Program-made: the position numbers and the translations under genes
The notes under the pieces: generated by a model
Told to the model about the DNA's origin: nothing
Databases searched by the model: none
Seen by the model: the letters and a program-made list of their open reading frames with translations, nothing else
Shown here: piece after piece, positions 13,701-24,469 of the stretch
Position numbering within the stretch: position 1 is the first letter of the stretch
Layout of the letters: every line of letters starts with the position of its first letter
Assembly (NCBI GenBank): GCA_002811645.1
Contig: PDIP01000019.1
Location: forward strand, 186,588-250,587
From: Corallochytrium limacisporum Hawaii
Lineage: Eukaryota > Protista > Pluriformea
DNA: 64,000 nucleotides
Direction of reading: 5' to 3'

Positions 13701-13768
13701 CCTTTCAGAAGAGCAATAACCTGTTCCATTTAGCGTAGAAACACAAGACAGAAAGCAAAGTGAGAGCA

Positions 13769-15133
13769 ATGACTCAGACCGTTGACGTGAACACAGTCGT
13801 TCGCGACAGCGGAGAGCACGACCGCAAATCACAGCAATTTGCTCGGACCCTCGACAGCAAGGACGAGATTGCGTCATATAGGTCACAATTCTTGATTCCA
13901 AGCTACGCGGACATTCATGTGAAGAAACCAGACAGCATCGAGGATAAGCAGCGCAACGAGTGTGTCTACCTCTGTGGCAATAGTCTCGGCCTCCAACCAA
14001 AGAACGTGCCAAAGATCATGGATGTCGAACTGGAGAAATGGGCCAAGAAAGCTGTTATCGGGCACCACGATGACAGTGAACGACCTTGGGTGAGTTACGA
14101 GGACCACTTGAACGCAGGGATGGCACCACTGCTTGGAGCAAAGGAGGTGGAAGTGGCCGTCATGAATGGTCTGACAGTGAACCTACACCTCATGCTCGTG
14201 GCCTTCTATCGTCCAACAACGGATCGGTACAAGATCATTATGGAGGATCACGCCTTCCCCTCGGACCACTACGCTGTGGAAAGCCAGGTACGCTTGCAAG
14301 GGCAGGATCCAGCGAATGCTATTGTCTACATCAAGCCCAGGGATGGTGAAGAGACTCTAAGGACCGAGGACATAGTTGCCACTATACGGGAACATGGTGA
14401 GTCGTTAGCTACCGTCATGTTATCAGCGGTGCAATACTACACGGGTCAGTTTTTTGACATGCCAACCATCACGTCTGCAGGCAAAGCAGTCGGAGCGAAA
14501 GTCGGCTGGGACCTCGCTCACGCCGTTGGCAACGTGCCACTGTCCCTGCACGAATGGAATGTGGATTTTGCTTGTTTCTGCAGCTATAAATACTTGAACG
14601 CGGGACCCGGGGGTATTGCCGGCGTATTTGTTCACGAAACGTACGCGGACGCCACAGAGCAAGAATTGCCCCGTATGACCGGATGGTGGGCACACAAATT
14701 GTCGACGCGTTTTGAGATGAGCAACGTCATGGAGCTTAATCGCGGCGCCGCTGGATTCCAGTTGTCGAATGTTCCCATTTACAGTAGCGTCGGACTGACA
14801 GCATCGCTTCAAATCTTTAACGAGGTTGGCATGAGTAAGATTCGAACGAAGAGCATGCTTCTGACTGCGTACTTGGAGATGTTGCTTGAGGAATGTATAG
14901 GTGAGGAACATTACGATATCATCACACCACAGGATCCGGAACAACGAGGATCGCAGTTGAGTATCGTCTTCAAGACTGACGTCAAAGCAGCCCACAAGGC
15001 AATCAGCGACCGGGGCATTGTCTGCGATTTCAGAGCACCCAGTGTGATCCGCATCGCACCTGTGGCACTGTACAATTCTTTTGAAGACGTGTGGTATTTT
15101 GTCAACGAATTGCAGCATGCTCTGGAGCTGTGA
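13769..15133 (+). CDS. KYNU: Kynureninase (PLP-dependent; Trp to NAD kynurenine pathway)
   Basis: Motifs YLCGNSLGLQP, MNGLTVNLHL, AFPSDHYA, WDLAHAVGN, CSYKYLNAGPG (PLP Lys), GWW, QRGSQLS, RIAPVALYNSFEDV. First ATG at 13769 (the track ORF starts at GTG 13760). Confidence 0.96.
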   Translation: MTQTVDVNTVVRDSGEHDRKSQQFARTLDSKDEIASYRSQFLIPSYADIHVKKPDSIEDKQRNECVYLCGNSLGLQPKNVPKIMDVELEKWAKKAVIGHHDDSERPWVSYEDHLNAGMAPLLGAKEVEVAVMNGLTVNLHLMLVAFYRPTTDRYKIIMEDHAFPSDHYAVESQVRLQGQDPANAIVYIKPRDGEETLRTEDIVATIREHGESLATVMLSAVQYYTGQFFDMPTITSAGKAVGAKVGWDLAHAVGNVPLSLHEWNVDFACFCSYKYLNAGPGGIAGVFVHETYADATEQELPRMTGWWAHKLSTRFEMSNVMELNRGAAGFQLSNVPIYSSVGLTASLQIFNEVGMSKIRTKSMLLTAYLEMLLEECIGEEHYDIITPQDPEQRGSQLSIVFKTDVKAAHKAISDRGIVCDFRAPSVIRIAPVALYNSFEDVWYFVNELQHALEL

Positions 15134-15321
15134 ATTGCTTTCACCTCGATCATTGCTTAAGCTACTATTGTCCACAACTTCACCATTCTTTAGGACGTAA
15201 TCGAGAGTCTCAATGTGATTTTCGTGCACATAGTAAATAGTGTTTATATATGTTTGCTTCTTTAAAATTAGATTTCACATCTTGCCTGATGTGTACTGTT
15301 ATTCAGGGAGCGTGCAACGCT

Positions 15322-17331
15322 CTAGTTTTTGTCATTTCCATTGGCGTCGATCCCCATCAAGGACCGCCATATAACGAGAGCAGTGCGATCAATTGCCTCA
15401 AAACTGACGCTCGGCAGCGCGGCCTGGATCTTTGCCATCGTTGCAATGTCCCTAGTACCGGACACAAGCGTAACGACTTTGGGTGAGATGAGGCCCTCGG
15501 TCTCCTGCAGCTGCTGTAGCTCCCCCGGGTAACTTTGCGCGTTATCCAGGCTGGTCTGGGCCTGAGTGGCCACATCTCCGACTAGTGTTATGGCCTCCAG
15601 TTCCTGCTTGATCTGCTGATTCGCAACCCCCTTGGCCCTAACTGCGCGACCGGCACGGTGAACATAGTGCTCTAGATCTTTGGGCACGTCTGCGTTGAAG
15701 ACGTGGGTGATGCCATCGAGGTCGGTGCCAAAGCAATAGCTGTCTGGCAGGATCAGGTGCCGGATTTTGTTCTTTTGGAATTGACCCAGCGTCTTCAGCC
15801 GTTCTGACGGATGGGTGTGAAGGCCAGAGATCATTCCCAACGACCGTCCCATGCTCGGCATTAGTTCACAGAGCGCCGTGTACAGAGCGATGGCTTCCTC
15901 GTTCTTTGAAACAAAGATCACGCTCTTGCGCGGTCGCTCAGCTTCGAAAGTGTGCAGAAGTGGTAGAAGATTTGGAACGTTTTTGAGCCAATCGATGTGG
16001 GCATCGTCGAGCCTCTCCTGCAGCACCGCCTTCGCGTGCTCATCAGGGGCCATCTCCGGGGTGATGCAATCAAGCGGTGTCAGTCGATTGCCCCCGGTTG
16101 TTAAAGACAGAGGCAACCGGGTTTTCCGGTACGCCGACGCGTACTCCACTACGGAGTGCTGCAGACAGTCTGGCAGAAATGCATCCCCGTCCGGCCCGAA
16201 GAGCTGTTGGACCTCCGAAAACTCTTCGTTAAGGAGCTGCTCCGTCGCCTTACTCATTGTTGCGGAGGCGAAAATGATCTGAGGAGGCTTGGGATTGCGC
16301 TTGGCCGGACGCTCAATCTGTGAACCACCACTCAGGCACCAACGAATCAGCCGTGTCAGCTGCCTCCGCCCTTGCAATGAGTCCATCATGGCATCCGGCT
16401 CGTCAATGATAACAGCATGAAGAGTTCGTGGATCAACGGGGCCATCCGTAAGTTTCTGTTCCGCCAAAAGAGGCCATTCAATCAAAGTGTCTGCCATGCC
16501 CACAGTCGTGACAATGACTGTCGGCGGCAAATCAGCCAACTGCTGGCCATAATTGCGAAACTTAGGCTTGAGTAGGTTCTGCCACAATCGCAAGGTGGAT
16601 ATTTCACGCCCGGCCTTCTTTGCCTTCTTCGAACCGATGTTGGACAATTGCAGCCACGTCTTGTCCATTTGGTAAGTGAGTTGCATATTTGCACAGATAT
16701 GCAAAATGCGCACGCCTGAACCTTTGAGATCAAGGCCGTGCTGTGCGAGGCGTTGATGCAATGGCAGTGCATAGGCCAGGGTCTTACCACTACCAGTCGG
16801 TGCACGAATGTAGCAATGGGTCTGTTGGTTGCGTAGCAGCCAGGGAATCACTGCAATCTGGATGCCAGTTGGTTTCACCCAGCCCAATCGTTTGCGTAAC
16901 GTGGTGTAGTAAGGGTTAGGTAGCCGAACTTCGCCCCAGGCTCTGGCTGCACCCTGGTCAAGAGCTACCTCCTCGTCAGTGTGAGGTATGTGCTCTCGAA
17001 TGGCCAGGGTGTCACGTATGTAGTCAGAGCGAATGCGTTCAAAGGATCGTATACTGTCTCGTAGGTCATCGTCGGAATAGTAACCGTTCACATCCTCGTC
17101 GTATGACCCTTCTTTGTCATCCACAGGCCCGTCGATAGCCCCTGAGAGTCCTTCTTTTTGCACACGCCGCCGGAACTGATCATTAATCTTGCGGTACTTC
17201 TTGTTCCAGCGTGCCCGTTCTGTATTCACGCCTGGTTTTCCCACAAGCATTCTACGGGTACGTACCTGTTGCAACACCGGGTTGCGGATGCCATTGCTAC
17301 CAGTTGGCAGTCTCAGTGCCAAGCGTAGCAT
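15322..17331 (-). CDS. DEAD-box-like RNA helicase (DEPD variant), probably mitochondrial
   Basis: Q motif GWVKPTGIQ, Walker A APTGSGKT, motif II DEPD, motif III SAT, motif VI HRAGRAVR; Arg/Leu-rich, acid-free N-terminus resembling a presequence. Confidence 0.85.
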   Translation of the reverse strand: MLRLALRLPTGSNGIRNPVLQQVRTRRMLVGKPGVNTERARWNKKYRKINDQFRRRVQKEGLSGAIDGPVDDKEGSYDEDVNGYYSDDDLRDSIRSFERIRSDYIRDTLAIREHIPHTDEEVALDQGAARAWGEVRLPNPYYTTLRKRLGWVKPTGIQIAVIPWLLRNQQTHCYIRAPTGSGKTLAYALPLHQRLAQHGLDLKGSGVRILHICANMQLTYQMDKTWLQLSNIGSKKAKKAGREISTLRLWQNLLKPKFRNYGQQLADLPPTVIVTTVGMADTLIEWPLLAEQKLTDGPVDPRTLHAVIIDEPDAMMDSLQGRRQLTRLIRWCLSGGSQIERPAKRNPKPPQIIFASATMSKATEQLLNEEFSEVQQLFGPDGDAFLPDCLQHSVVEYASAYRKTRLPLSLTTGGNRLTPLDCITPEMAPDEHAKAVLQERLDDAHIDWLKNVPNLLPLLHTFEAERPRKSVIFVSKNEEAIALYTALCELMPSMGRSLGMISGLHTHPSERLKTLGQFQKNKIRHLILPDSYCFGTDLDGITHVFNADVPKDLEHYVHRAGRAVRAKGVANQQIKQELEAITLVGDVATQAQTSLDNAQSYPGELQQLQETEGLISPKVVTLVSGTRDIATMAKIQAALPSVSFEAIDRTALVIWRSLMGIDANGNDKN

Positions 17332-18031
17332 GGGAAGTATTCTTCGTCCTCGATATTCCTCCCTGGTTGATCTACATTTCTGTTGCTATGGCTCTCATTC
17401 CTACAACAAACGAAACCATATGGACAGCAAATAGAGACATGATACATCCTGGTGCTCTGGTTTGTCCCAACGACATCCGTAACAATATCTGGTGCATGCC
17501 CTGTGGTCCAAGTACCCGAACACGAGACCGCGCCGGTCCGCCGCCGAAAATCAGCCGTGCGGGTCTCATACCCCACCTCAACGCATGCGTGTTGGTAGGC
17601 CCGCCCCAACCCTCCCCGCCTTCGAGAGGATTTAGAGCTAAAAGTATATGATATTCCCGCATGAACACGCAGAGTATTAATGAACTGAGTACAACCGGAT
17701 AACTGGTGTATTGAATGGTAACCTGGGATCGATGGAGGAAGGGCGGGTCTTGTCTCCCGATCTGACGTGTTTTGTCAAACTACCGTAGCCGTCCTTGTGT
17801 TTGGTTCCTTTTTGGAACCCCTGTTATTAAGAGAGGTACGTAGTGATGAAGACTATTGTACAGTGCGCATCGCCACCAGATGACTTTTGAGGTGTTGGAT
17901 CAAGAGAAAGCTTTACGTTCATGGAAGGACGGATGCATACAAACAAGGAGGGACAGTAGGCATCCCAAGGAGAGGAAACCATAGAAAGGGTTGTAGGCGT
18001 GGCGCATTGAAGGCCACCCATACACACGCGA

Positions 18032-18946
18032 ATGGGTACCATGCTCCAGTCATTCTTGAGGATGAGCCGTTTGGTGGCATGCAAATCCAGTGCCGTTTCC
18101 TGTTCCGTACCGAAACCGCAGCGATCGTCATGGCTGATCCCAGCGCTTGTGAACGCTGCTTACCACAGGCGGCTGATGCACTCAAACCACGGCGAACCAG
18201 TCGAAGGTGAGCTAGTCCGGCGTCGCGTTGAGCGTGAGCGGTCGCGACCAAACCGAGCTCCGGTTCTGACCGACCGGTCACCGGTCGCACCGCTGCTCGA
18301 AGACCGAGCCCTGGTAGTCCAGCGTTACTTGGAAATGGGCCAACTCGTTTTTGGCTACGAAATGGCCAATCGGTACGCTCTCCAGAGCATCGACACAGGC
18401 CAGATAATGGGGTTCTTACTGGAGACCTCGTCGGTGTTCCAAGCCATTCAACGTAATTTCTTGAGGCGACACCGCCCGTTCTTGATGTATGTAACGGACC
18501 CTCGGGGCAATCCATTGCTGCAGATCCGTCGCCCCTGGTACATTTTCGAATCGACTATATATGTCGAGGACTTGATCAGTGGGAAAACCATCGGCGAAGT
18601 GCACATGGACTGGCATCCATTACGGCGTAGATATGATTTGTTCTTGGATAAAGTCCAATTCGGTCGGGTAGATGAACCATTCATGTCCTGGTTCTCATTT
18701 ACTGTAATGGACCAGTACGGGGACGCCATCGCAACGGTGGACAAAAACTTCCAGGGCCTCGCCCGCGAGTTCTTCACTGATGCCCACAGATACATTGCGC
18801 GCTTAGGCGATGATTCAAACTACAGCCTCGCGTCCGCGAGTGGACGGTCGGGCCAGAACAAGGAGGTCCTCACCTACGATGAACGCGCGGTTGTGCTTGC
18901 CCTGGCCGTGACAGTGGACTTTGACTACTTTAGCCGGCACAGTTAG
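18032..18946 (+). CDS. Phospholipid scramblase-family protein (Aim25-like, probably mitochondrial)
   Basis: LVVQRYLEMGQLVFGYEMANRY, RNFLRRHRPF, WHPLRRRYDLF, AREFFTDA, ERAVVLALAVTVDFDYFSRHS, typical of Aim25-type scramblase domains; presequence-like N-terminus. Confidence 0.88.
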   Translation: MGTMLQSFLRMSRLVACKSSAVSCSVPKPQRSSWLIPALVNAAYHRRLMHSNHGEPVEGELVRRRVERERSRPNRAPVLTDRSPVAPLLEDRALVVQRYLEMGQLVFGYEMANRYALQSIDTGQIMGFLLETSSVFQAIQRNFLRRHRPFLMYVTDPRGNPLLQIRRPWYIFESTIYVEDLISGKTIGEVHMDWHPLRRRYDLFLDKVQFGRVDEPFMSWFSFTVMDQYGDAIATVDKNFQGLAREFFTDAHRYIARLGDDSNYSLASASGRSGQNKEVLTYDERAVVLALAVTVDFDYFSRHS

Positions 18947-18989
18947 GGACGGAAGAGGGAAATCCGCCCGACCGCCCCGCGGGCCTCCC

Positions 18990-19027
18990 GGCCCGAACCC
19001 ACCCCCCCCGGGGGGTGAGGTCGGGCC
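18990..19027. repeat. GC-rich inverted repeat (hairpin)
   Basis: ggcccgaacccacccccc-cc-ggggggtgaggtcgggcc: 18-nt arms with 2 mismatches. Confidence 0.7.
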
Positions 19028-19395
19028 CACCGGGGTTTAGGAAGTAAGGAAAAGGGGGGGGCTAGTCGGGGTTGCCCCGGGCCCGGGTGAACGGACAGGC
19101 GGGGTGGGCGTCGGAACAGGGCAACACAGAGCTCATGGGTGTTGCGCAGCTTTGTCTCCTCCTTTCTCTATAATCTTGTTCTCTTCTGAGCTTTCGCTCA
19201 AGTCTGAAATCCATATACTCAAATAGATCACCTGTATATGACGTGACGCATACATTGTGCTGCATGAAACCATATTTAAAGCATGCCATGTTTTTTCAGG
19301 TTAGAACATATGACGTGTCGCAAGTGATACTTTGGTTGTGGGCAGAACCGGCTGCCAGAAAAGACATTGAAAACATGTAGGGGTGGAACAAAAAT

Positions 19396-21942
19396 ATGAA
19401 AATTGAATCCTTCGGCCTTTGGGCAACACTGCTGGCAGCAATACTGCTGTCTATGGTCACGCAGGGCCAGGCAGGCCAGGAAGGCTCCAATGAACAAATT
19501 ACTTTTCACGAGTGGCGGCAACACAATCTCGAAGAGTGGCCAACGGAATCCGCAGGCGGATATCCAGACACGGGTAGCAGTAGTCAGGAAAAATCAAGCA
19601 CCGGCCAAAATGTTTTCAGTGGAGACTTGTACAGTCTGCGCAAACTGCATACTCTACGACAAGTAAATCGGGATTGCAAATCTCGCAAGGCTGAGGTGAA
19701 CCATGCATCCTCAGACTGTGGTGCGTACGTACTACGAGCGTCTTCGGGAACGCGCACGGCATCTGGTGTATTGGATCCTCATCCAGACACGTATATGAAC
19801 TCACCATGCGGTGAACGTGGAGAGAAACGGTGGGTAGTTATTGAATTGTGCGAACAGATTCTTGTCAACTATGTTGAAATTGCGAATCTAGAGTTCTTTA
19901 GTTCGATGTTCCAGGAGGTTGCTGTCTTTGCTACTAAAGATGCGGCGGAACAACAGTGGATTGAACTTGGGCGATATCATGCGGATAATGTTCGCAAATC
20001 TCAGACCTTCTACATTGAGGATCCACAGTTTCCCACCCACCAGTTAAGAATTGAATTCATCGGCAAGTACGGCCACGAGTACTACTGTCCCGTAAGCCAA
20101 ATCAAGGTCACCGGAACAACCTTTTTGGAGGAGATCCAATTTGAGGCTGGAGGAGCGGACGACTTCCTGGAAGACTGTATTGAGGACACGGCGGATGATG
20201 AGGTGGACTACATGCTCTCACCACCAGTTGGCAGTGGACTGACTGACGCACCACTAGCAGATCTCTACGAATGGTATGAGCTTGCGGTAGTGCATTTGAA
20301 CGACATTCTGCGCCGTGGCCAGCAATCGCTTGAGGACGATGTTGACTATTCTAAAGCTGTGCAGGAGTATCTAGAGCAGCTGCCGGGACGGCTCAAGGAG
20401 GCGGGTACGGGGCTCATTGGGCAGGCTGTTGCGTTTTGGAGACGGCTGGGCCTCAGTCGCATTCAGGGAGAAGGCTTCTCGTCTCAATCGACGCGAGACG
20501 CCTGGGCTGAGTTTTTTCAACGATCTCCGCCAAATGTTCCAGATCTTACACAGCTGTCAGCTTCCGCGAGCAACCTGCCGGTTCTAGAGCTGGATCGAGC
20601 TCAACTCTTGGCCAAATGGGCCGGTTCCAACGTCACCGAACGGATCGATAGACATCTCCCGGTGAAGCCACTGGCCCTCGAAATCCCTCAAGCATTGGTG
20701 AAGCCGTCACCGGACGGCGGTGCTGCCGGAAGCAAAAGTGATGAGAAGGTCCCCGTGCAGGCTGGCCCAGAGGGACAAGTCCCCGGGCCCGAGTCGTCTG
20801 ACCCAAACCGCACAGGTGCTGAAGGCTCTGCCACGGCAGATAATCTCACAGGGACACCAACTGACTCTGAAGGTATTGGCACATCCCATTCCAACGGGGA
20901 ACCAAATGGCGTCAGCGATAGTTCAGCCCCCGCATATTCTAGCAGTCAGCGAACTGACCTGAGGGGAGAGCCACAGGAAGGCACCGGGGAACCTTCGACT
21001 GGAGCGCCATCAGGAGCTTCTCCGTCATCTGCTTCACCGATAAAACCTGTGGACGGCCGACGCACTCGGACTCCACCACCAATAGTGCCACAGCTGCAGG
21101 AAAATTCGAACAAACAGGAACAGCAGAACATCATGGGTATGAAGGAGAACGTATACATTCTGTCGCAAATGAGCGAAATCAGAGCGCAGTACCAACTACT
21201 GCAGTCCTTTGTTGAGGGCATGTCTGGCGAAATGAGCAGCAAGAAGGATGCCATGGACGATGCCATCGATGAATCACTCCGCCGTGTCTACGGTGATATG
21301 CATCGCATGAACATGATGATGGAGTCCATTGCTACCCACGCGACCGAATCCAGACAGCTGGATTGGGAATTACTAGCTACAGCCGGGGGAGTCCTTGTGA
21401 TTTGGTCAGTGCTTCTTCTACTCGGTGGATTCTACATTGCCATGTACACTGTTAATTCAAATGCATCAGCCCCGTATGCAGCACCTAAAACAATGAACAA
21501 GACCACCTCCCCCGACAAAAGCCCATCCGACACGTATGTTAAGCATTCATTGAAGTCCATAGGGACCGCGACTTCACAGAACTCCTCTCCGCGTGTGGAC
21601 GACCGAGACAGTTGTACTTGGAGCGATACTGGCGACACACCCCGTAGCCAAACCAGTGCCGAAGGGGAAGCTCCCTGGGATGTCAAGTCGGAAGGCGAGG
21701 CTGGCCGAAGACAGCAGCAGCAACAGGCGCACAACAGTTCACTACTTGACGCGTCCACCGTGAGCAGTCCCGCGGAGGTTATGCAAAGAGGATCAGGCGA
21801 TGGTAGGCACAAGTCACTCAGTCCGGTTGCTGTATTCAAGCGTCATTTAATCAATGGTCAGCACCGTCGCAGCCACGACGGTACAGTGCATGGAAAGCAA
21901 CAGCCAAGCAGTGCTCCAGTCGTGGTGAAGAAGGAGGAATGA
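19396..21942 (+). CDS. Mid-SUN domain ER membrane protein (Slp1/SUCO-like)
   Basis: Signal peptide; SUN-like motifs NHASSDCGA, DTYMNSPC, WVVIELCEQILV, IANLEFFSS, GHEYYCPVSQIKVTG; coiled-coil-like segment and one TM near aa 660-685. Confidence 0.88.
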   Translation: MKIESFGLWATLLAAILLSMVTQGQAGQEGSNEQITFHEWRQHNLEEWPTESAGGYPDTGSSSQEKSSTGQNVFSGDLYSLRKLHTLRQVNRDCKSRKAEVNHASSDCGAYVLRASSGTRTASGVLDPHPDTYMNSPCGERGEKRWVVIELCEQILVNYVEIANLEFFSSMFQEVAVFATKDAAEQQWIELGRYHADNVRKSQTFYIEDPQFPTHQLRIEFIGKYGHEYYCPVSQIKVTGTTFLEEIQFEAGGADDFLEDCIEDTADDEVDYMLSPPVGSGLTDAPLADLYEWYELAVVHLNDILRRGQQSLEDDVDYSKAVQEYLEQLPGRLKEAGTGLIGQAVAFWRRLGLSRIQGEGFSSQSTRDAWAEFFQRSPPNVPDLTQLSASASNLPVLELDRAQLLAKWAGSNVTERIDRHLPVKPLALEIPQALVKPSPDGGAAGSKSDEKVPVQAGPEGQVPGPESSDPNRTGAEGSATADNLTGTPTDSEGIGTSHSNGEPNGVSDSSAPAYSSSQRTDLRGEPQEGTGEPSTGAPSGASPSSASPIKPVDGRRTRTPPPIVPQLQENSNKQEQQNIMGMKENVYILSQMSEIRAQYQLLQSFVEGMSGEMSSKKDAMDDAIDESLRRVYGDMHRMNMMMESIATHATESRQLDWELLATAGGVLVIWSVLLLLGGFYIAMYTVNSNASAPYAAPKTMNKTTSPDKSPSDTYVKHSLKSIGTATSQNSSPRVDDRDSCTWSDTGDTPRSQTSAEGEAPWDVKSEGEAGRRQQQQQAHNSSLLDASTVSSPAEVMQRGSGDGRHKSLSPVAVFKRHLINGQHRRSHDGTVHGKQQPSSAPVVVKKEE

Positions 21943-22099
21943 AAACTCCATATGGTTCGGTAGCTTGACAGTGATGTCCCATCCGAGAGTGTAGATGCAG
22001 AATATGACCTTAACGATCAGTGGTATTGTTTTGTTTAGGCATTTGATATTATCACAAATTTATGAACAATATTAAGACTACAATTGCAAAAGGATACCC

Positions 22100-22999
22100 T
22101 CACTCAAACTTTTGTTTGAATTCGTCGGATCCATCGACACCACCCAGAGTTGGGGTTGATGCATATGGACTGATCTCCCACGGCCGCAGACTGCCATTCG
22201 CTCCTGTACCACCGGCGGCAGCTGCTGCATGGCCCCGGGTTGACGGTGGTGCTGTGTGGTGATGGTAAGCGAGGCCTGCTGCCTCTGTGTCGATGATCGG
22301 CATTGACCGACGTTTGCCCTTCAAATCGCTACGTAACCGATCTGCTGTCTTGCGTGCGAATTCTGCTGTCTGACGGTCAAAGGGTAGCAATGATTCCGAT
22401 GATCTCAGGCCATCGAAGCCCTGGGTGTGCCCATGTATGGCTGCCACTGTGTGGGTAACGCTGTCCCGTGATGCCGGTGCTGGTGGAAAGGTCCCCCCAT
22501 AATACCTATGCAGATCCAGCTGCTTGCCACCTTTGCTTGGAAAGTGTTTTTGATCACCATTGATGCCGTCACTATGCGCATGAGCAAGTCGTAAACGTGG
22601 AGTGCTGTTGTGTGCGGAACTGCGGCGACTGCTTGAGGCAGACGAGGTCGGTGTAGTACCCGTTGACGACAGCCGGCCTTTTTCGTTTGTTTTGATCCGC
22701 GTCCTTTTGGGACGGCGCTGGAAGGCTACACGTACCTGTTGTGTAACTAGGCGTAGGGACTCTGACACTGTCTCGCTTCGAACGACACTAAAAAGGAATA
22801 GAAAGTTTAGCAAGAAGACACCGATCCCTAGTGCCAATGCCCCCAGAACGAGTCCAGCTGCGGCGAATACCCAGACTGCCTGCCAGATCGCACCAGCCAC
22901 AGCGGCCAAAAATGGGAAAAAGTCAAAGAACCCGACTACGAAGCTACTCGTTTCGTATGTCCGTTCAAAGACCCAATCATACACTGACCGGGGTTGCAT
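22100..22999 (-). CDS. Hypothetical membrane protein (299 aa)
   Basis: ATG ORF convergent with the SUN gene; ~55-residue hydrophobic N-terminal stretch followed by a basic, Ser-rich disordered tail. Confidence 0.7.
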   Translation of the reverse strand: MQPRSVYDWVFERTYETSSFVVGFFDFFPFLAAVAGAIWQAVWVFAAAGLVLGALALGIGVFLLNFLFLFSVVRSETVSESLRLVTQQVRVAFQRRPKRTRIKTNEKGRLSSTGTTPTSSASSSRRSSAHNSTPRLRLAHAHSDGINGDQKHFPSKGGKQLDLHRYYGGTFPPAPASRDSVTHTVAAIHGHTQGFDGLRSSESLLPFDRQTAEFARKTADRLRSDLKGKRRSMPIIDTEAAGLAYHHHTAPPSTRGHAAAAAGGTGANGSLRPWEISPYASTPTLGGVDGSDEFKQKFE

Positions 23000-24434
23000 G
23001 TTTCAGTGTCGCATCCGTGTAAACCATTTTATATCATCTTTGCTACTATAGTGTGTTTCTTCGAGATTTCTAATTCAGTTGTTCGTCCATGCCCTCATCC
23101 TTTGTCGAAATCACTGCATGTTTCTTAACCCGTAGAGTGATTCAGACTTTCTATGTTCTTCTTTATTCTATTCACCGTAGCATCCGCGTCCTAACGCCAA
23201 CTCCACATTCCAACGAGCCGACACGTTGAGTACCTCTGCCATGGACTCACGTACAGCTCTACGCCATACGTGCAAACTACTCCATTGCGACACAGAACGT
23301 GCAGGTACTCGCCACATTTACCGCACGTGAATGGTCCTACCCATCGAATAACACTGTGTTCATCACAGTCACCGGTATCCCGTGGTCTCGTCGGACGCAT
23401 AACGTCCGCCACAGGCTTAAAGCGAAATGTCATCCTATTCCTGTCACTGGCAGCTGCTCATGCGATTGTTGTGTAAAAAGAACATAGCGACAAAAGCCAC
23501 ACGTACACATCGCAGTAGCTCGGAGACGCGCCCGTATACGCCCCCTAGCGTACACTAAGCAGCGTTGCACATCTCACCGCAAGGTGCAGCTGGAGCAAGC
23601 AGTAATGCAGAGAGCCCTCCAAGCCTCATTGCCTTTTGGCACACACGCGTGAAAGAAACAAACACATTGCCACACGGGGGAGAGCGAATGTTTCGGGACA
23701 CGTTTCCCGAGTAGAGTGCATGTTTGGCTGCCTTTCGACCGACTCTCCAATGCCTTTACAATCTTGCTTTGTGCTTGAAACCGCAAGTGCTGCTCCACCA
23801 AGGGGTACCTGGGCCGTGAAGAGCAACAATGATAGAAAATATTTGGCGGCGTGGCCCAGCCAAACATACGCTACATCGCGCACACAGCCAACAACGACGG
23901 GGAAGTTGTTCCCTGTCGGAGAGTTTGTCTTTTTTCCGGTGTGCGTCGGGCTTGGGAAAACGAGACACAGAGCGAGCGATAAAAGTGAAACAAAGGCGAT
24001 AGCCCGTTTGGAGAGGGAGCTGCCCTACACGAAAACTGCCCGTCCACGAGTGCCCCGGCCTCCCCTTCCTTTCGTTTTTTCCCGGTCTCCCCGCTTCTCT
24101 TTCTTTTCTTTTCCTTTTTCTTATTTCCTTCTCCCTTTTCTCGCGTTGGCGTTCAGACGTGGGGAGGGCTTTCTGCTCTCCGGAACTCTGTGAGACAGAA
24201 TCAGGCCGTGGAGGGCCTTTTCCCTTTACTCTGCCCCTCCTCCCCCCTCCTTGGCCGGGACCCACCAACTTTTCGCGCGCGGACCAGGACCCCCCACACG
24301 CTTTGCAATGTCTAACCACCACCAGAGTAGTACTTGACCGGTTCGCCCCGTGTTTCACCTTCCCACCCCAAGCAACCCAAGACTTCGGGCACTCACGCAC
24401 TCGCATGCAGCAACAGACTCACGGATCACGGACG

Positions 24435-24469
24435 CACACATACACACACACACACGCACGCACGCACAC
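24435..24469. repeat. (CA)n/(CACG)n microsatellite
   Basis: cacacatacacacacacacacgcacgcacgcacac. Confidence 0.8.
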
